Below are positions 28,561 through 42,942 of a stretch of 64,000 nucleotides of DNA, piece by piece. Numbering within the stretch: position 1 is the first letter of the stretch; every line of letters begins with the position of its first letter. Under the pieces are notes generated by a model. It searched no databases and was not told the origin of the DNA. It saw nothing but the letters and a program-made list of their open reading frames with translations. A program made the translations under genes and the position numbers. This stretch comes from the human T2T-CHM13v2.0 reference genome, Homo sapiens: assembly GCF_009914755.1 (NCBI RefSeq), contig NC_060926.1; one strand, 5' to 3'.

Positions 28561-29633
28561 TGTTGCAGGAAGTCAGGGACCCTGAACGGAGGGACCGGTT
28601 GAAGCCATGGCAGAAGAACGTGGATTGTGAAGATTTCATGGACATTTATTAGTTCCCCAAATTAATACTTTTATAATTTCTTATGCCTGTCTTTACTGCA
28701 GTCTCTAAACATAAATTGTGAAGATTTCATGGACACTTATCACTTCCCCAGTCAATACCCTTGTGATTTCCTATGCCCATCTTTGATCTCTTAATCCTAT
28801 CATCTCATAAACTGAGGAGGATGTATGTCGCTTCAGGACCCTGTGATGATTGCGTTAACTGCAAAAATTGCAGCGCATATGTGTTTGAACAATATGAAAT
28901 CTGGGCACCTTGAAAAACGAACAGGATAACAGCAATGTTCAGGGAACAAGAGAGATAACCTTAAACTCTGACCGCCGGTGAGCCGGGTGGAACAGAGCCA
29001 TATTTCTCTTCTTTCAAAAGCAAATGGGAAAAGAAAAATCACTGAATTATTTTTCTCAGCAAGGAACATCCCTGAGAAAGAGAATGCACCCCTGAGGGTA
29101 GGCCTCTAAAATGGCCCCCTTGAGTGTGGCCGTCTTCTATGGTTGAGCTGTAGGGATGAAATAAGCCCCAGTCTCCCATAGCACTCCCAGGCTTATTAGG
29201 ATGAGGAAATTCCCACCTAACAAATTTTGGTTAGACTGGTTGCTCTCAAACCCTGTCTCCTGATAAGATGTTATCAATGACAATGGTGCCCGAAACTTCA
29301 TTAGCAATTTTAATTTTGCCCCGGTCCTGTGGTCCTGTGATCTTGCCCTGCCTCCATTTGCCTTGTGATATTCTTTTACCTTCTGAAGCACGTGATCTCT
29401 GTGACCCACACCTTATTCATACACTCCCTCCCCTTTGAAAATCACTAATAAAAACTTGCTGGTTTTGTGGCTTGTGGGGCATCACGGAAGCTACTGACAT
29501 GTGATGTCTTCCCCAGATGCCCAGCTTTAAAATTTCTCTCTTTTGTACTCTGTTCCTTTATTTCTCAACCCGGCCAACACTTAGGGAAAATAGAAAAGAA
29601 CCTACCTAACTATTGGGGGCAGGTTCCCCGATA
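28561..29633 (+). mobile_element. MER11C solo LTR (HERV-K11/HML-8)
   Basis: tgttgcaggaagtcagggaccctgaacggagggacc...gaagaacgtggattgtgaagatttc...gggggcaggttccccgata, 1073 bp. Perfect 6-bp TSD AGAGTC at 28555-28560 and 29634-29639. Confidence 0.92.
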
Positions 29634-30371
29634 AGAGTCTACTAACTGTGCATGCCTCCCCACTCTCCCCCACCTCTGCCTGTCTAACTCTTTACTTCTT
29701 GCAGAGTCCCATGAGCAGGTAAATTAAAGCAGAGTCTTCTGCCTGCTAAATTAAAAGTAGTAATAATGACGCTGGGTAAGCTGTAGTATATTGTTTGTCT
29801 GAAAGAATGATACTCCTATCAGAAAATGATCTTCAATTCTATTAAAAAAACTTAGCAGTAGTGAGAAATCAAATTAACAGCTTTGTGGATGCTTTGCTAC
29901 TGAGAGAGCATACATTAATAAAAAGCAGGAAGGTTTGACATATTTTAATATGGATTTTATATCTGAAGTCCTTATTTCCCTTCATGGCTGCAGTTTTACA
30001 CCTGGTCCATAAAGCCTAGGCCAGTGATGTGTACCTTAAACACTACACATCACATTACTATTAGTGCAGTTTCCAAGAGCTTGTATGTAACTTTGTCTGC
30101 AATGAAGTTACCTTAACATAAACATTAGCATATTTATATACAATACCAAGATTTGGGGCAAAAATTGTATAAAGTTAAAGAAAATGCATATAAAAAAAAG
30201 CTTTCAAATAACAAGTGATTGATTCTTTTCTAAAGAACAAAGCTTTTCCCAACAATTGGAAAAGGATGTTAGTAAAGCTTGGATTGACCAGAAATGAACA
30301 TCTGTGACTACATTGCAATGGTCAATAACCTCTCGTGCTTTTAGTTGAGCCTTCAGGGAACAGAAATTATC

Positions 30372-30458
30372 TTTTTAAATTAACAAGTAATAATTTTACA
30401 TTTTCATGGGGTACATAGGATGTTTTGACACATATAAAGTATAGCGAACAGATCAGGG
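30372..30458 (-). mobile_element. Very short 5'-truncated L1MA-type 3' end
   Basis: taataattttacattttcatggggtacatag...gatcaggg flanked by the near-perfect TSD cagaaat(t/g)atcttt (30361 and 30459). Confidence 0.6.
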
Positions 30459-30503
30459 CAGAAATGATCTTTAACCAGTATCACATGTTAAAAATGTAAG
30501 CCC

Positions 30504-30806
30504 GGCTGGGCGCGGTGGCTCACACCTGTAATCCCAGAACTTTGGGAGGCTGAGGCAGTTGGATCACGAGGTTAGGAGATTGAGACCATCCTGGCTAACA
30601 TGGTGAAACACTGTCTCTACTAAAAATACAAAAAAATTAGCCGGGCGTGGTGGCAGTTGCCTGTAGTCTCAGCTGCTGGGGAGGCTGAGGCAGGAGAATG
30701 GCATGAACCCGGGAGGTGGAGCTTGCGGTCAGCTGAGATTACGCCACTGCACTCTAGCCTGGGCGACAGAGCGAGACTCCGTCTCAAAAACAAAAACAAA
30801 AAAAAA
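30504..30806 (+). mobile_element. AluY-like SINE
   Basis: gagaccatcctggctaaca, gaatggcatgaacccgggagg, gagcttgc; TSD-like g(t/c)aagccc on both sides. Confidence 0.93.
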
Positions 30807-31115
30807 GCAAGCCCATGGCCTTTTTCAATAAACAAGTAAAATATTTCCAGTTGCTCAGAAATCTACTTTTGCAAATCCTTTTGTTTAGCACTTGTTCTTA
30901 ATTTATCATGCCACTTGCACATGTCATATACTTGGTTCACACTAATATTATCTGTATTAGAGTTTTGTAGTTTAGGAGAATCTTTGTTTGCTTATGGTGA
31001 CTTGATTTCTGACAAAAACTATAGAAGTAGTGCATAAATGATAAAGTTCGATGCTTTTGTGATCAGTTTTCTTCAGTTTTATCAACTGTTGAATTTTGCC
31101 TCATATTGAACTCAC

Positions 31116-31121
<6 letters not shown>

Positions 31122-31154
<33 letters not shown>
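31122..31154. repeat. (TG)n microsatellite
   Basis: About 16 uninterrupted TG units. Confidence 0.95.
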
Positions 31155-31157
<3 letters not shown>

Positions 31158-31600
31158 AGCTGTGACTGTGGCTAAACAATAGAAACACTTAAGGAAGGGG
31201 ACTAATAGTTAAAATGAACATTTAAAAAATATTGCGTTGGTGGTATAAATAATTTTTCACATTTGTCAATGCTTAAAAAACTACACACTAAAAATAGAAC
31301 CTTTTACTGCAAGTCAATTACACATCAATTAAAAATAACTAAACAAAAAAAGAAACCAGATTTTTTAGTAGATATTGAGCTTAATGGCCAATTTCTCATT
31401 CAAAATATTTTTTACCATAAATATGTGTGTGTGTGTTAATTGTATGTGTGTGTGTCGACTATGTTTGAAAATAACATTTACCCTCCAGCTAGCTAACTTG
31501 ACAATATATGGAAAGTTTTTATGGAGTCTCAGTCTGTACCCATATACTCCTTTTCTACCAGGCCCCAGTGGATTTGATAACTGCTTATTCAAGGTGTGTA

Positions 31601-31918
31601 CAGTTGGCTGGCTGTACTTGGATGTAAAAAGCATTTGTAGATTCAAATAACTAGGTCAAAAATATTTGAGAAAAAATACAATAACAAGACAACAGTAAAA
31701 ATAATACAAATAAAAACAGTATATCAATGTTTTACATAGCATTTACATTTTATTAGCTATTATAAGTAATCTTGAGATGATTCAAATTGTATGCAAGAAG
31801 GTGCATAAGTTATATGCAAATACTACACCATTTTATGCAAGAAACGTGAACATCTGTAGGTTTTGGTATCTGCATGGGTCCTGAAATCAATCCCCTGCTG
31901 ATACCAAGGGACAACTGC
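31601..31918. mobile_element. MER2 (TcMar-Tigger MITE)
   Basis: cagttgg start; tacatagcatttacatt, aagtaatcttgagatgatt, gttatatgcaaatactacaccatttta; ends gataccaagggacaactg. Confidence 0.8.
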
Positions 31919-31994
31919 ATTTTCAACTATGAAATCTAGATTGTAATTCTCTTCTTTTTACACCAAACAATCCACAAATAAACAATTGCTCTTC

Positions 31995-32115
31995 TTAAGC
32001 TTTTATCTCCCTCACAGCTGCAAGCTCCTTGAGGAAAGAATCTGAATTTCATTGCCATTTTTCTAGGGTTTAACACCAGGCTTGTGAATAAATGCTTAAT
32101 ACATGTTTGATAAAT
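31995..32115 (+). mobile_element. L2 3' tail fragment
   Basis: ctgcaagctccttgagg...ataaatgcttaatacatgtttgataaat. Confidence 0.5.
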
Positions 32116-33126
32116 AGCTTTACGCACAAATGAAAGACAAGGGTACGGAATTATGGAGACTATTATAAATCTCATAATTTTTCTTCTTTTGCATTACCCT
32201 CAATTTGTACTTATAAACTATTTTTTATATAAAGTGACACCTTAATTGTTAGGATAGCATAATTATTGCAAGGGTGTACCTCAGAATTACATATAACTGA
32301 GTTTATATTCTAGATCTGCTTAAAGGTATGTGGGTATTTAGTGTCTATAAACATTGGTTTCCCCACCTGGAAATAATTATTGTCATAAACGTAAATGTAC
32401 AAATAAAATGAATCTCTTAAGTAAATGTAATAATAAAAATGAATCTCCTAAGCACACTGCCAGGCACTTAGCAAATGCTTGATTCAAGACAGACATTGTT
32501 ATTTCTCTCATGAAATCCACTAAAAAACCTATTTCTATATAAATAAGTTTTATAAAAATAGAATGTAGTATATTTTTCCCTTCACATTTTTTTTCTATAG
32601 TGGCTTACATTTTCATTCAAAATCTTTACACAGAAGTTAACATTCACATAAAGAAGAGTTATCAGCAATCTGGTGTTTGACATATAGATATCTTAATGAT
32701 AGTGAATATCTGCCATTTATTTCAGTTGCTACATGTTTACAATTAAATACATTTTGAATTAGATTTTCAAGCCTCAAGCAGGTATTAATTGCTAATCATT
32801 TCATTCATTTGTTTAGATAGAATCAATTCTTGAAAAGTGCAGTTGAAATTCAAGGAGCAGATAGATCCTTATCTATTAAAGAAAAGTGGACCATGCTTCT
32901 TTGTTATCTTAGTTACTATAAAAGTAAAAAATTCCTAGCAAGATGTTTGCCTTTGGAGGAGGCAAACGAAGAATGTGAGAAGGAGAGCATCTGGGTAAAA
33001 GGTACAGAGCTTGTGACACTTTATGTGAATATGGAAATTAGACCTTTAGCTCTATATCAAGCATTTAATATTCTCATACAACTCCCAATTTCTGACTATG
33101 AGAAAGAAGAAATTCAGAATCTGGAG

Positions 33127-33306
33127 CATTGGTTCTTAATATTGACAGCATTTTAGAATTATTTAGGAAACTTTAAAAACTACTGATTTTGTATGTCCTG
33201 TCTCTAGAGATTCTGATTTAATTCACATGAGGTGTGGCCTGGGCACTGGGCTTGTTACAAGCTCCTTGAGTGATTCTTAAATGCATTCAAGTTTGAGAAC
33301 CACTGA
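33127..33306. mobile_element. MER5A/B hAT-Charlie MITE
   Basis: cattggttcttaa...agagattctgatttaatt...tgtggcctgggca...gtgattct...agtttgagaaccactg; TIR-like ends. Confidence 0.75.
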
Positions 33307-35676
33307 CCTAAAGAAAAGGGAATGAGGCCGAGTTCAAGTAAATACTACAAAGTGTCTTCCCCAGTACCCGTTTGGAATAAGAAAAGAAGTAGTAAAATAT
33401 GGTGATTTCCATGTGAGTAGGTAACTTTAGTTTACATAGTATGTTTCTTGATGATGTAACTTGACACCTTTCATCAACAGCGTTGTGACAAATTTTCTAA
33501 AAAGCTTATTTAGCTCACTCAGATTTTTCCTTTTCTAAATTAACCTATTCCAAAACATATTAGTCTGCAGTGTGACTATAATTTGGGCAATTTAAAGAAC
33601 AATGTTTTCTGCCATAAGTAGTGGACACCAGAGGGGAAATTATGATATTCAAATTATAATTTCATCTATACAATAAGACAGCATAGCTAATCTTTCACCT
33701 TTAAAAAATTCAAATATTTTTGACAACATACTAAATAGTACAGTATGAAGTGGATCTACTTATATTTCTTTCCTGATGTCAGAAAAAATTGTCTATTTTA
33801 CAAGTGATATTCATGGTAAAAATTCCAAATATATGGGGATCATTACAATTCTTGTTCTCCACACCTCTGATTTCTGTATTAAAGTCCATTAAAAAGCACG
33901 AAGGTGATGTATAGTGTGCCCTCAAAGCTTTCAGAGTGAATAATATCCAGCTTTTCTGGTGCTTAACACACTGCCTAGTGATAACAGTAATGATGAATTT
34001 CTATGCAGACTCCCTCAGATATTAGGAAAATGGTTTCCCTTAACTCATATTAGATGCTCAAGTTTTACATCAGTTGGCTGCCTCTGAGAAATACCCCTTA
34101 AGAGCCAAAAATATTACTTCACTTAGACAACTGTAGGTATTTTGCAAACAACACACCATGACTGGGAATTGCAAATGTAAAGTAAAATAAATAAATGTGC
34201 TCCTTGTAGGTCTGGGCTTTGTGTTAGGCAGGGAAATACTAACATGGTTTAAACTAGAGCTGTATCTCAATTTTATGAGCACCTGATTTTGTAGCCACAG
34301 TAAAGTGTTTGACAGATTTGTATCCACACTGCTTACAAAAATATTCCGTACTCTGAGCTTGCCAATAAAAGAGAGTCTTTATTTGAGAAGTTCAGACTAA
34401 AGTTGGGATGGATAAAAGAAGTAGAATAATGCCAACATAAAGAACAACAAAATAATTGCAATGTGTTCAATATATCTAACAACTAGTAGCTCAATTTTGT
34501 TATTTTACTCAGGGAGATATAAAACACACAAAGATCCTTTATGGTCACCCATCTTATAATCTATGTCATTTCCTTTCACCTTTGCTGAAATGACCTTAGT
34601 GCATTCTTAACATTTTCACATACAAAATACTACCATAAGGATGTCATTCTTCCTGCCTCTTTATTCACAATCATCTTGTATGCTACTGTTAGATTTTAAA
34701 TCATATACATTATTCATCTCACCTATTTAATTAAAAATACTTTTATTAAACATTAAGTTCCATACACTATATGAAATATATAGAATATAATGGGAAATAA
34801 ATGACAGTTTTACTGCCTTCAATGTCTTTATAGTCTCAACATAAAAACTTGGTTTAAAAAAAAAAAGTACTACAAACTTAATTTCAGAACTCTGTTACTG
34901 CTCATTGGAACCATTTATTTTAATATTGCCCAGTTACAGTTTTCAATTAGGAAATGTGAAAACTAATATTATTTCCAATAGGATTAACTAGAGCATTAAG
35001 AAGATAACTTTTGGAAATTATCTGGCACATTGGAGTGGTCTAAAGGTGGCATTTGACTTTGATGTACATTTTCAAGTACTCCCATTTTCTACTGGATAAA
35101 GTCATATAAGAGCATGTCAGCAATACATTTTTCACACAGTGCTTTATCATTTCCCTATAAATATCTTCAATTTTAGTCTGATTGGTCTAATGTCCATCAT
35201 CTTAAATATACTGGTACATTTTTTCGTTTTTTGTTTTGTTTATGTTATCTTCCCAAAGTATAACTGTTTCCATCTTCTGTGAGATTCTTCTCCATAACTT
35301 GATGTAAACTATGTTCTTTCTTTGATCTGAAAGTCTGTATAATTACTTTTCTGTACCTGTTCCTTCTCAAATCATATACTTTGATAATGTCATAATGGAT
35401 CCTGCTACAGTATCCAAAGACTAACCTATTCTAGAGCAGAAACAAGCAACTCTCTGCACCTCTTTTACTACTGTATATATGGAAGGAATTATGAGGTATC
35501 TGTTGATTGACCCATTACACACAAAATAATGATTAAAATAAAATAGTGAATCTGCTTGTAACCTGATGTCATATGGTATAGAGTGAAGAAAAATGTACTA
35601 GGTTGCACAATAAAAAATGCATTGAAGTTGAAATGAATGGTCTGAGTCTAGAGGTCTATGTCTATTTTTAGTAACA

Positions 35677-38055
35677 TGACATCATCTAGATGTTTGCCCC
35701 TCCAAATCTCATGTTGGAATGTAATCCTCGACGTTGTAGGTGGGGCAGGGAGGGAGGTGTTTGGATCATAAGAGTGAATCCCTCATGAATGACCTGGTGC
35801 CGTCCTCATGAGATCTAGTTGTTTAAAAGTGTGTGGCACCTCCCCACTCTCTCTCTTGCTCCTGCTTTTCCTATGTAAAATGCTGGCTCCCTGCGGCCTT
35901 CTGCCATGATTGTAAGCTTCCTGAGGCCTCACCAGAAGCAGATACCAGAACCATGCTACTTATAAAGCCTGCAGAACTATGAGCCAATTAAACCTTTTTT
36001 TCTTTATAATTTACCCAGCCTCAGGTATTTCTTTATAGTAATAAAATGGCCTAACACAGAATATTGGTACTCAGGGATGGGACATTGCTATAAAGATACC
36101 TGAAAATGTGGAAGTGGGTAATGGGAAGAGGTTTGAAGAGTTTGGAGGGCTTAGAAGAAGACAGGAAGATAAGGGAAAGTTTGGAACTTCTTAGAGACTT
36201 GTTAAACGGTTGTAAGCAAAATGTTCATAGAAATATGGACAGTGAAGGCCAGGCTGATGAGGTCTCAGATGGAAAAAAGAAAGTTATTGGAGACTAGAGT
36301 AAAGATCACCCACGTTATACCTTAGCAAAGAGCTTGGCACATTGTGTTTATGCTCTAGGGATCTATGGAAGTTTGAATTTAAGAATGATGTCCTACAGTA
36401 TCTGGTGGAAGAAATTTCTAAGAAATGTGTTCAAGATATGGCTTGGCTGCTTCTAACAGCCTATGACCAAATACAGGAGCAAATACATGACCTAAATTTG
36501 AAACATCTATTTAAAAGGGACACAATATCAGTTTGGAAAATTTGCAGCCTGGCAGTATGGTAGAGAAAAAATCTAAACAGGCTGTGGAGCAACCATTTGT
36601 TAAAGAGATTAATATGAGTAAAAGTGCTAATATCCAAGACGGTAGCAAAAAGGCCTCAAAGATATTTCAGGAATCTTCTAGGTTGTCCCTGTCATCACAG
36701 GCCCAGAGGCCTAGGAGGAAAGAATGGCTTGAAGGTCTAGGTCCATGGCACCAATGACCTGTGCCACATTGGGAGGATGCTTCTCACATCTTGACTGCTA
36801 CAGCTATAGCTGTGTCTCGAAGGCCCCAGGTACAGCTCAGGCTGACACTCTGGAGGGCACACCCATAAGGCTTAATGGCTTTCATGTGATATTGAGCTTG
36901 TGGGTGCACAGAATGCAAAAATGAAGGAGGCTTGGTGGCTTCCACTTAGATTTCAGAGGATATGTGAGATAGCCTGGGTGCCCAAGCACACTCTTGCTGC
37001 AGGAGTAGAGCCCTCACAGATAATCTCTACTAGGGCAATGACTAGAGAAAATATGGGTTGGCATTCCCACACAGAGTCCCCACTGGGGCACTGCCTAGTG
37101 GAGTTTTGAGAAGGAGGCTGCTGCCAGAAGTTAGAATGGTAGATATACCAGCAGCTTTCACCCTGTACCTCAAAAAGCCACAGACACTTAATTCCAACCT
37201 GTGAGGACAGCTGTGGGGGCTACAGCCTACAAAACCACAGGGGCTGAGCTGTCCAACACCTTGGGAGCCCACCACCCCTTGCAGCAATGTGCTCTAGATG
37301 TGGGCCATGGAGTCAAAAGAGATTGTTTTGGAACTTTAACATTTAGTGATATTCCTGCTAGGTTTCAAACTTGCATGGAGCCTATTGCCCTTTTCTTTTG
37401 GCCAATTTCTTCCCTTTGGAATGGTAATGTTTACCCAAGGCCTGAACTACCATTGTATTTTGAGTACATAACTTGTTTTAATTTTGCAGGCTCATAGGTA
37501 AACGGAAGTGTGTCTCAGGTGTAACTTAGGACCTTAGACTTGATGCTGGAATGGGTTAAGACTTTTGGGGACTATTGGCAGGGGATGGCTATATTTTTCC
37601 ATGTGAAGAGGATGTAATATTTGGGGGCCAGCAGTGGAATAATATAGTTTGCACGTTGGTTCTTCTGCCCAAATATCATGTTGAAATGTAATTCCCAGTG
37701 GTGGAGGTGGGGCCTGGAAGGAGTGGGGCCTGGAAGGAGATGGGTCATGTGGGCAGACTACTCCTGAATTTCTTGGTGCTGTCCTTATGATAGTGAGTTC
37801 GTTCTTGTGAGATCTGGTTGTTTAAAAGTGTGTGGAACCTCCCCACTCTTTCTCTCTTACTCCTCCTTTCACCATGCTGGCTTTCTGTGGCCTTCTGCCA
37901 TGATTGTATGCTTCCTGAGGCCTCACCAGAAGCAGATGCCAGCACCATGTTTCCTGTATAGCCTTCAGAACCATGAGCCAATTAAAACTTTTTTTGTTTA
38001 TAAATTAGGCAGTCTCAGGTGTTTCTTTATAGCAGTGCAAGAATGGCCTAATACA
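35677..38055 (+). mobile_element. Full-length MST (MSTA/MSTB) MaLR provirus: 5' LTR about 35677-36058, internal 36059-37639, 3' LTR about 37640-38055
   Basis: Two related LTRs (ccaaat(c/a)tcatgttg(g/a)aatgtaat...aatggcctaa(c/t)aca) flank MaLR-internal sequence (gctataaagatacctgaaaatgtggaag; SLEGLEEDRKIRESLELLRDLLNGC) and a purine tract before the 3' LTR. Confidence 0.9.
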
Positions 38056-38369
38056 AAAAACAACAAAGAAATGTAAAATAAGGCATAGTTGAAGAGAAGG
38101 GATCATTAATCATGCTTTGGAGAAGACAATCATGTTGTGTGTTCCTTTCTTGGAACATTTGTATACCTGCCAAGTTACAGTGATATGAATATGTTTCATA
38201 TGGACATGCCAAACTTCTTAATGATAAAGGACTTGTTTTCTTTTTCCCTTACATCTTTTATTCTCTTTCCACTTCTCTCAACAATACACACTCTTCCTTT
38301 CTCTCTGCCTGTTACATAGTAAAGTATCTGGCACGTGACAGTTGTTCAGTTGGCTCAAGAATTAAGTAG

Positions 38370-38708
<339 letters not shown>

Positions 38709-39199
38709 AATCTTTCTAGATTGAAACATTAAAACCCAAACCACTGTTATTCTGATCCTTATTATAAATGTTAATTTCAAGCTAAGAAGTTTGCCTGAAA
38801 CTCTCATTTGGGGGTTATTTTCAGTACAGATATTGAACTTTTAATTTTTCTCTCAAGAAATTCCAGAACTTTCCTCATGTCTTCTTAACTTGCTTGTTGA
38901 CAAGGTGCAATGCTTGTCATTATATCTAATAGATTATTTGTGATATCTTACTTACCTCATTTGACTTCTTATTTTGAAAGACTTCTAAAACTAAAAAGAA
39001 TCCTGTGCTATCTGTAAAATGAAACATGAAAAATGCTCCTTCAGTTCAATCATCAAATCCCATGCTCTGTCTGTAACCAGAAAACTGCTAAACACACTAA
39101 CCCCACCAAGATGTTAAGTGTTTACAGGTCTGTTAAGTATTTTGGGACAAAAATATTTGTTATGTTATTTTAAAAGTACTTGTGGCAGTATCCACAGGT

Positions 39200-39746
39200 C
39201 TTCTAAGCTTGCCTCTTCCAGTGTGATACCACTTCCTATGAGCCAGAGATAGGACTATTTGGTCTATAGTATTCTCAATGGCATTGGATCCAAGGTAGAG
39301 CCTCCATCCCAAAATTGGGACAGAAGAAGAAAGCATCTACTTCTGTGCTACATTTGCCTGGAATGTAATCTTACCAATAAATTGCTGGGGACAGTATGAG
39401 AAATGCTGTCACCTTGATCATACTAGTAGAAAGCCGTCCTACTGAGAGCTGGAGAGAGAGAAAACTCTGTGTTCTTCGCCACACCAGATTGGAGTACAGT
39501 TTCTGTATTGCTGAGTTGGGAGCACAAAGAAAGTAGGTCTCAGTTTACATACTACAGATTCTCACTGTTCTTACCAAGTTTTAGCTGATTTTCTTGTATG
39601 GATGTTTCTTCATTTGCTGCATGCACATAAGACCATTTCCAGAGACTTTAAAATGTTTGTTTTTGTTGTTTTGTTATTTTTAATTTCTACTAGTTTCACT
39701 GGGAAGTATGTCCATGGAGCTCCTCATGCTGTCATGGTGGAAGTGA
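39200..39746 (-). mobile_element. Old L1M (L1MC/L1M4-like) 5' UTR fragment
   Basis: Minus strand starts cacttccaccatgacagcatgaggagctccatggac, typical of old L1M 5' ends. Confidence 0.45.
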
Positions 39747-40374
39747 AAGCCTTGAATCTAAATATGAAATTAAAAGTAACAATTATGGATGGTTATTTTA
39801 AAAAGTATTTTCTATAGAAATTACTGTAATCATAGAGCAATAAAATTGATTGAATCTCAGCATGATACTTTATGTGAAGAATAAGATTAATTCCTACTAT
39901 GAAATGAAAAAAAGATGCTGAGATTTTAAACATCTGAGCTGCATTTTTAATAATTTCTCTTTCTAAATCAATGTCTTTTACCATTCATAAAAGCAATTAA
40001 AATTTTTCACTTTACTAAAATAAGTTACATTATTTCCAAAATTAAAAAAAAAACGTTTTTAAGTTTAAAATGTAAATTATAAATCAATTCATCTTTTAGG
40101 ACTGGTCTGTCAAGGAGCTCCAAGCAAGGAAATTTCTTGAAAAATAAGAGAAAAGAGCATTCTGTATACTTCATGGCCTGGAGAAACTTAACTGCTTTGA
40201 TTGAACAATTTAAGAAACATAAAATCATACAAATGATGTTACTTTAGGTGATCTAATATAAATTTCACATTTTAAAAGATGAGAATACTGTTTTCAAGTA
40301 TGTGAAATTGTGGGTTGTTATATACAAATCTATAAATATGTTATTAACAGAATGTTAATATGTTAATATATAAA

Positions 40375-42545
40375 TGTCCTTCATTAGCAGAATGAAGGAC
40401 AAAAAACACATAAGGGCACATATGAAAAACCCACAGGTAACATTATATACTCAACAGTGGAAAACTGAAAGTTTTTCCTCAAGACCAGGAAGAAGACAAG
40501 CATTCCCACTTTCACCATTTCTGTTCAGTATAGTACCAAAAGTTTAACCAAAGCAGTTAGGCAAGAGAAAGAAATAAAAGGCATCTATATTAGAAAAAAG
40601 TTTTATTGTCTGTGTTAGCTGATGACATAATCACCCTAAAGAGTCCATCAGAAAATAGTAAGAACTAATAAGCAAATTCAGTAAAATTTCAGCATATAAA
40701 GTCAAAGAAAAATCGGTAGCATCTCTATCAGTGAACTATCAAAAAATAAATCTAGAAAAAAATCACATTTACAATAGAAAAAAACCTAAAAATGAATTTT
40801 AGGTGGAAGTAAAATATCTATACACTGAAGTTTATAAAACATTGATAAAAGATATTGAAGGCACAACTAAATAGAGATCGCCTATGTTCATGAATTAGAA
40901 TATTGCTAAAATTTTCATACTACCCAAAGCAATTCCTGTTAAAATTCTAATTTGTTTAGAACCACAAAAGACCCCAAATAGCCAAAGCAATCTTGAGAAA
41001 AAAGAATAAACTGAAGGCATCACACTACCTGATTTCAAAATAAACATAAATTTATAATAACCAACACACCATTGTACAGTCATAAAGACCAACAAGTAGA
41101 CTAGTGGAAGAGAATGGAGAACCCAGAAATAAATTCATCTATTTATAATCAATTAGTTTTTGACAAGATGCCAAGGACACACAATAAGGAAGACATAGTT
41201 TCTTTAACAAGTGGTGTTGAGAAAACTGGACATCCTCATCCAAAATAATAAAATTAGACTCATCTCACACCATATACAAAAATCAACTCAGAATAGATTA
41301 AGTCTCACTTATAAGACCTAAAACTGTAAAACCGCTAATAGAAAACAAAGAAAAAGCTTCATGATATTGATCTGGGCAATCATTTTTGCGTATGATCCAA
41401 AAAGCACAAGCAACATAAACAAACAGAAAAGACAAATGTGATTATATGAAATAAGACGCTTTTGCACAGAAAAAGATACAATCAACAGAGTGAAGAGACA
41501 AGCTACGACACGGGAGAAAATATTTTTAAACCATACATCTGACAAGGACTTAATATAAATTATGTGAGAAACTCAAACAACTCAACGGCAAGAAAACAAA
41601 TAAAACAGTTAAAAAATGGGCAAAGGACCTGAACAGACATTTCTCAAAAGAAGGCATACAAATGACCAACAGGTAGATTTAAAAATTCTCAATATCACCA
41701 ATCATCAGAGAAATGAAAATGAAAACCACAACGAGATACCTTAAACTTGTTACAATGGCTGTTATCAAAAAGACAAAAGATAAGTGTTGACAAGGATTGG
41801 AGAAAAGGGAATATTGGCACGCTGTTGGCATGTATGTAAATTAGTACAGCCATTATGGAAAACAGTATGGCAACTACTCAAAAATTTGAAATAGAACTAC
41901 CATATGATTCAGCCAACTCTACTACTTGGTACATATGCAAAGGAAATAAAACCTGTATATTGAAGAGATATCTGCATTCCCATATTCATTCGGGCATTAT
42001 TCACTATAGTCAATGTAATAATTGGTCAAAAGATTAATAAATTAGAAAATGTTATATATATACACATACACACACAGTGGAATACTGTTCAGCTTTAAAA
42101 CAGAAGTACATCCGTGGTTTGTAACATGAATCAACCTGGAGAAAATTAAGTGAATAAGCCAGGCACAGAAAGACAAATACCGTGTGATCTTACTTTTATG
42201 TAGAATCTAAAAAAGTGAAACTAACAGAAGCAAAGAGTAGAATGTTGGTTACCAAAGGCGGGCAGATGAGGTAGTGTGTGGGTTGAGGAGATGTTGCTCA
42301 AAGGACACAAAATTTCACTTAGATAGGAGGTATAAGTTCAAGAGAGCTACTGTACAGCATGACGAGTACAATTAATAACGTATTATATTCTTGAAAATCA
42401 GTTAAAAAATAGATTTTAAGTGTTCTTGCTACAAAAGTGATACCTATGTGAGTTACTATTAGTTTGATGTAGCCATTCTGCAATGTATATATTTGAAAGC
42501 ATCATGTTGTACATGATAAATACAATTTTTGTCAATTAAATAAAT
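40375..42545 (+). mobile_element. L1MA-type LINE-1, 5'-truncated (ORF2 RT to 3' end)
   Basis: aggcaagagaaagaaataaaaggcatc, gctgatgacataatc, catcacactacctgatttcaaa; L1MA 3'UTR agataggaggtataagttcaagag...catcatgttgtacatgataaata...tgtcaattaaataaa. Confidence 0.9.
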
Positions 42546-42776
42546 TAATCAACTAAGAATCATGCAGCCTGTCAAATTGCATATAAAATGACACATAATA
42601 GTCACGTCGAAACTCCCAATTCTGAGATAGTGATCTTGCTGTCATGTATTCTCATCATTCTTATTTCATATGTCAATTAAACACTCTGTCTCACACATTT
42701 GCTCATATTACATAAGTATAGCAGATCTTTACTATTTCCTTACATAGCTTTTTAAAAAATTATTTGAGTGACGTAA

Positions 42777-42942
42777 TGTATTAGTCAGCTCTGGCTGCCT
42801 TAACAAAGTACCGTAGACTTGGTGGCTTAAACAACAGAATGAATTTTCTTACAGTTCTGGACACTGGGTGTCTATGATCAAGGTGTCAGCATAAATGATT
42901 TAAAGTGAGACCTCTCTTCCTGGCTTGCAGATGGCCATCTTA
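42777..42942 (-). mobile_element. MLT1/MST MaLR LTR 3' fragment
   Basis: tgtattagtcagctctggctgccttaacaaagtacc...ggtggcttaaacaacaga...cagttctgga...gcttgcagatggccatctt. Confidence 0.75.

Noticed and set aside
28620-28760. Direct repeat attgtgaagatttcatggaca as a CRISPR-like array
   Set aside because: Two copies only, intrinsic to the MER11 LTR; eukaryotic context with no spacers or cas genes.
32830-33156. 108-aa ORF in AT-rich DNA
   Set aside because: TTG start, runs into a MER5 element, no recognisable homology or clear splice frame.
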